Assembly: GCA_964463155.1 (NCBI GenBank)
Contig: CAYXAY010000031.1
Location: 1 to 8,636 of the forward strand
DNA: 8,636 nucleotides
From: an uncultured archaeon
GTDB taxonomy: Archaea; Iainarchaeota; Iainarchaeia; Iainarchaeales; CSSED10-239
Reading direction: 5' to 3'
Shown here: positions 7,066 through 8,636 of the stretch, piece after piece
Layout: every line of letters starts with the position of its first letter
Numbering within the stretch: position 1 is the stretch's first letter
Program-made: the position numbers and the translations under genes
The notes under the pieces: model-generated
Seen by the model: the letters and a program-made list of their open reading frames with translations, nothing else
What the model was told of the DNA's origin: nothing
The model's database searches: none

Positions 7066-7201
7066 TTTTTTTCACATTTTAATTTAAATAATTATCCCAT
7101 ATATATTTTATTTTTATTTTTTAAAAATCTTTTTTTGGGATTACATCTTTCTTTCTTTTGCTATTATATGTACCATCCCTCTCTTTTCAGATATATTAAA
7201 C

Positions 7202-7339
7202 TCAGATGTTTTTAATGGTTCCATAATATATAAAATTAAGAGAGAAAAAATTTATAATCCCTCCTCCAGATTCGGACATTGGGGAGGTACTGGTTATTGG
7301 TTCGTTGTTAGAAGTTGGTAGTAGGTATTTCCCTTTCAT
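7202..7339 (-). CDS. Candidate small ORF, 45 aa, below the ORF-track cutoff
   Basis: The manual translation is MKGKYLLPTSNNEPITSTSPMSESGGGIINFFSLNFIYYGTIKNI, then TGA. AGGAG (complement of 7349-7353) lies 9 nt upstream of the ATG, and a TATA-like palindrome lies about 45-55 nt upstream. No homology recognised. Confidence 0.35.
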   Translation of the reverse strand: MKGKYLLPTSNNEPITSTSPMSESGGGIINFFSLNFIYYGTIKNI

Positions 7340-7383
7340 TCTTACCAACTCCTTTTAGTTTATATTAATATCATGATTGATAG

Positions 7384-7395
7384 CTTTTATAAAAG
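7384..7395. promoter_or_regulatory. Perfectly palindromic TATA-like element CTTTTATAAAAG
   Basis: This is a 12-nt perfect palindrome. Its core TTATAAAAGT (7387-7396) recurs as a direct repeat at 7440-7449. It is placed to drive the small ORF on the minus strand, or a short plus-strand transcript. Confidence 0.35.
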
Positions 7396-7460
7396 TGTAG
7401 CTTGTGTAGTGTATGTATGCTACGGGCGGTAATCCCAAGTTATAAAAGTATAATAAACAT

Positions 7461-7480
7461 AAAAACAGTAAAAGAAATAT
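7461..7480 (-). terminator. Poly-T tract after tyrS
   Basis: The minus-sense sequence after the TGA at 7491-7493 reads TTTAAAAAATATATTTCTTTTACTGTTTTTATG, with T3, T4 and T5 runs. Confidence 0.3.
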
Positions 7481-7490
7481 ATTTTTTAAA

Positions 7491-8569
7491 TCATTTTTTA
7501 ATTGCATAACCCTCTACAATACACTGTATTTCTTTTGCATTTTGATTCTCTTCAAAGTGTTTTCTTACAGGTTCTAATAATTCATTAATATATTTCGAAC
7601 TTGATATTTTCAAATCCATTGGATGAAGCTTTTTTTCTACAAAATCTTTTTCTAAGCTTTCATAATTATCGTATACAATATTACCCCCAAATTTCTCTGG
7701 TCTTTCTATTTTAAATTCATTTATTCTTTCAAATATAATGTATTTACAATATTCTAAAACAGGATTATCTTTTATTATCCCTTCAGGGCAATAAGCTTTC
7801 TTAAATTTCTATTAACTTCTTCTTTAGTATCTGTCATAAATATTGCAGAATCAGGATTTGATTTTGACATCTTTTTTGCTATTGCGGAATCTACAGCATC
7901 TATGCCATCTGTTTTTGGTTCAGTTAGCCCCATAAGTAGATGGTGGTGTATCGCAATTGGTTTCTTTAACCCAAGTTTTGGAAAAGTTTCTCTTGCAAGA
8001 ACATTTACTTTTCTTTGGTCCATCCCAAGTTGAGCAATGTCTGCTTTTAAATTCCATATGTCTGCTGCTTGCATACACGGATAGAAAATCTGAGCAGCAT
8101 TTAATTCGTCTTTATCTGTTCGGCCCATAATTTGAGAACATCTTGTTATCCGTGCAACCGAATTTAATTTCGCAATCTTTAAGACCATTAACCAATAATC
8201 TTGATTCATATTTTCAGAAGCCCATAAGAATTCAACATTAGTCATATCCATTCCTGATGCTTTCCAAACTTCAATAAAATATTCTCCAACAATTTTTATC
8301 TTCTCTAAATCTCCATCCATTTTATTATTCATTAATGCAAACCAATCTGCCACCCAAAATTTAAACTGAATTCCTGCTTTTGATAATTTATTTACATTTA
8401 TCGCCCTCATTAAACCTTGAGCAATATGTATTCTACCAGATGGTTCGAAACCATCATATGCAATAATTGGGTTATTGGATTTTAGAACTTCAATTAATTC
8501 TTCTTCTCCAATTATTTCTTCTCCAACTTCTTTAATTAGTTTTAGCCTCTCTTCTATTGTCAAATTCAT
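7491..8569 (-). CDS. tyrS: Tyrosyl-tRNA synthetase, archaeal/eukaryotic type, interrupted by a single -1 frame change near 7802-7808
   Basis: The N-terminal 264 aa (ORF 7775..8569) reads AYDGFEPSGRIHIAQGL...FWVADWFALMNNKMDGDL...AAQIFYPCMQAADI...AQLGMDQRKVNVLARE...KMSKSNPDSAIFMTDTKEEVNR. The untracked -1 frame at 7491..7796 reads AYCPEGIIKDNPVLEYCKYIIFERINEFKIERPEKFGGNIVYDNYESLEKDFVEKKLHPMDLKISSSKYINELLEPVRKHFEENQ...IKK, then a stop. This is the expected C-terminal domain (compare KKAYCP.G..NP..E..KY...RPEKFGG...LHPMDLK in archaeal TyrRS). The span is 1079 nt, one short of 360 codons. Confidence 0.9.
7802..7808 (-). promoter_or_regulatory. A_AAU_UUA heptamer (X_XXY_YYZ) at the tyrS frame junction; candidate -1 frameshift site or site of a 1-nt deletion
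   Basis: In the mRNA sense the 0 frame reads AGA AAU UUA AGA AAG CUU ... UAA, with the stop 8 codons after UUA. The -1 frame reads AAA UUU AAG AAA GCU UAU UGC = KFKKAYC. Slipping after N-L gives ..EEVNRNLKKAYCPEG.., with the same spacing as EEIRAKIKKAYCPAG recalled from M. jannaschii TyrRS. Confidence 0.35.
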
Positions 8570-8592
8570 AATTATTCTTTTTTATTAAATCC

Positions 8593-8632
8593 TCGGCAGT
8601 ATACTGCACATTAATGTGCAGAGGAATGCCGA
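8593..8632. repeat. 40-nt composite palindrome located 24 nt upstream of the tyrS start
   Basis: The layout is TCGGCA-GTATA-CTGCACATT|AATGTGCAG-AGGAA-TGCCGA. It has a perfect 18-nt central palindrome (8604-8621) and perfect 6-nt outer arms (8593-8598 / 8627-8632), separated by a 5x5 mismatch. It is relatively GC-rich for this window and lies close to the window edge. Confidence 0.5.
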
Positions 8633-8636
8633 ATAA

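Noticed and set aside
7259-7288. CCTCC...GGAGG inverted repeat inside the 45-aa ORF, considered as a regulatory hairpin
   Set aside because: It has only a 5-bp stem with a loop of about 15 nt and several alternative registers. It is not distinguishable from chance.
7361-7440. Possible C/D-box sRNA or tRNA in the tyrS-proximal spacer (ATGATTGA resembles a C box; GGTTCG / GGTTCATCC resemble T-loops here and at 2817-2825)
   Set aside because: There is no matching D box (CTGA), no terminal stem and no k-turn arrangement. No acceptor, D or anticodon arms could be drawn around the T-loop-like strings.
1-8636. CRISPR arrays, rRNA, or a recognisable defence, toxin-antitoxin or secretion module
   Set aside because: There are no regularly spaced direct repeats and no rRNA-like conserved blocks. 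Apart from the DEAD-box RNA helicase and the gutted transposase remnant, none of the ORFs carries nuclease, ATPase, methylase or toxin motifs that I can recognise. Claiming such a system would be unsupported.

Overview
AT-rich, tightly packed prokaryotic fragment. Every intact gene is on the minus strand. The plus strand is T-rich and gives many F/L/S-rich shadow ORFs that I treat as non-coding. The best taxonomic clue is an archaeal/eukaryotic-type tyrosyl-tRNA synthetase (HIAQG and KMSKS motifs). With TATA-like promoters, poly-T terminators and very Lys-rich proteins, this suggests a small-genome (DPANN-like) archaeon, but that is inference only. Minus-strand content from right to left: (1) tyrS, whose C-terminal third is in the -1 frame and is missing from the ORF track; (2) an orphan intergenic locus with a 45-aa ORF preceded by an SD; (3) a bestrophin/UPF0187-like membrane protein; (4) a plus-strand, internally deleted IS transposase remnant; (5) a histidine-phosphatase-superfamily protein; (6) a DEAD-box RNA helicase; (7) two small Cys-rich proteins; (8) a translationally coupled trio made of a DUF1003 protein, a Lys-rich 2-TM protein and a 224-aa unknown; (9) a decayed bacterial-type PLP ornithine/lysine decarboxylase pseudogene that runs off the left edge. 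I see no rRNA, tRNA or CRISPR array, and no recognisable defence or secretion system. The most notable points are that the tyrS frame break lies exactly on an A_AAU_UUA slippery heptamer, a 40-nt composite palindrome just upstream of tyrS, the multiply lesioned decarboxylase, and the orphan small-ORF locus. All calls rest on manual translation and recalled family motifs. No database search was run.
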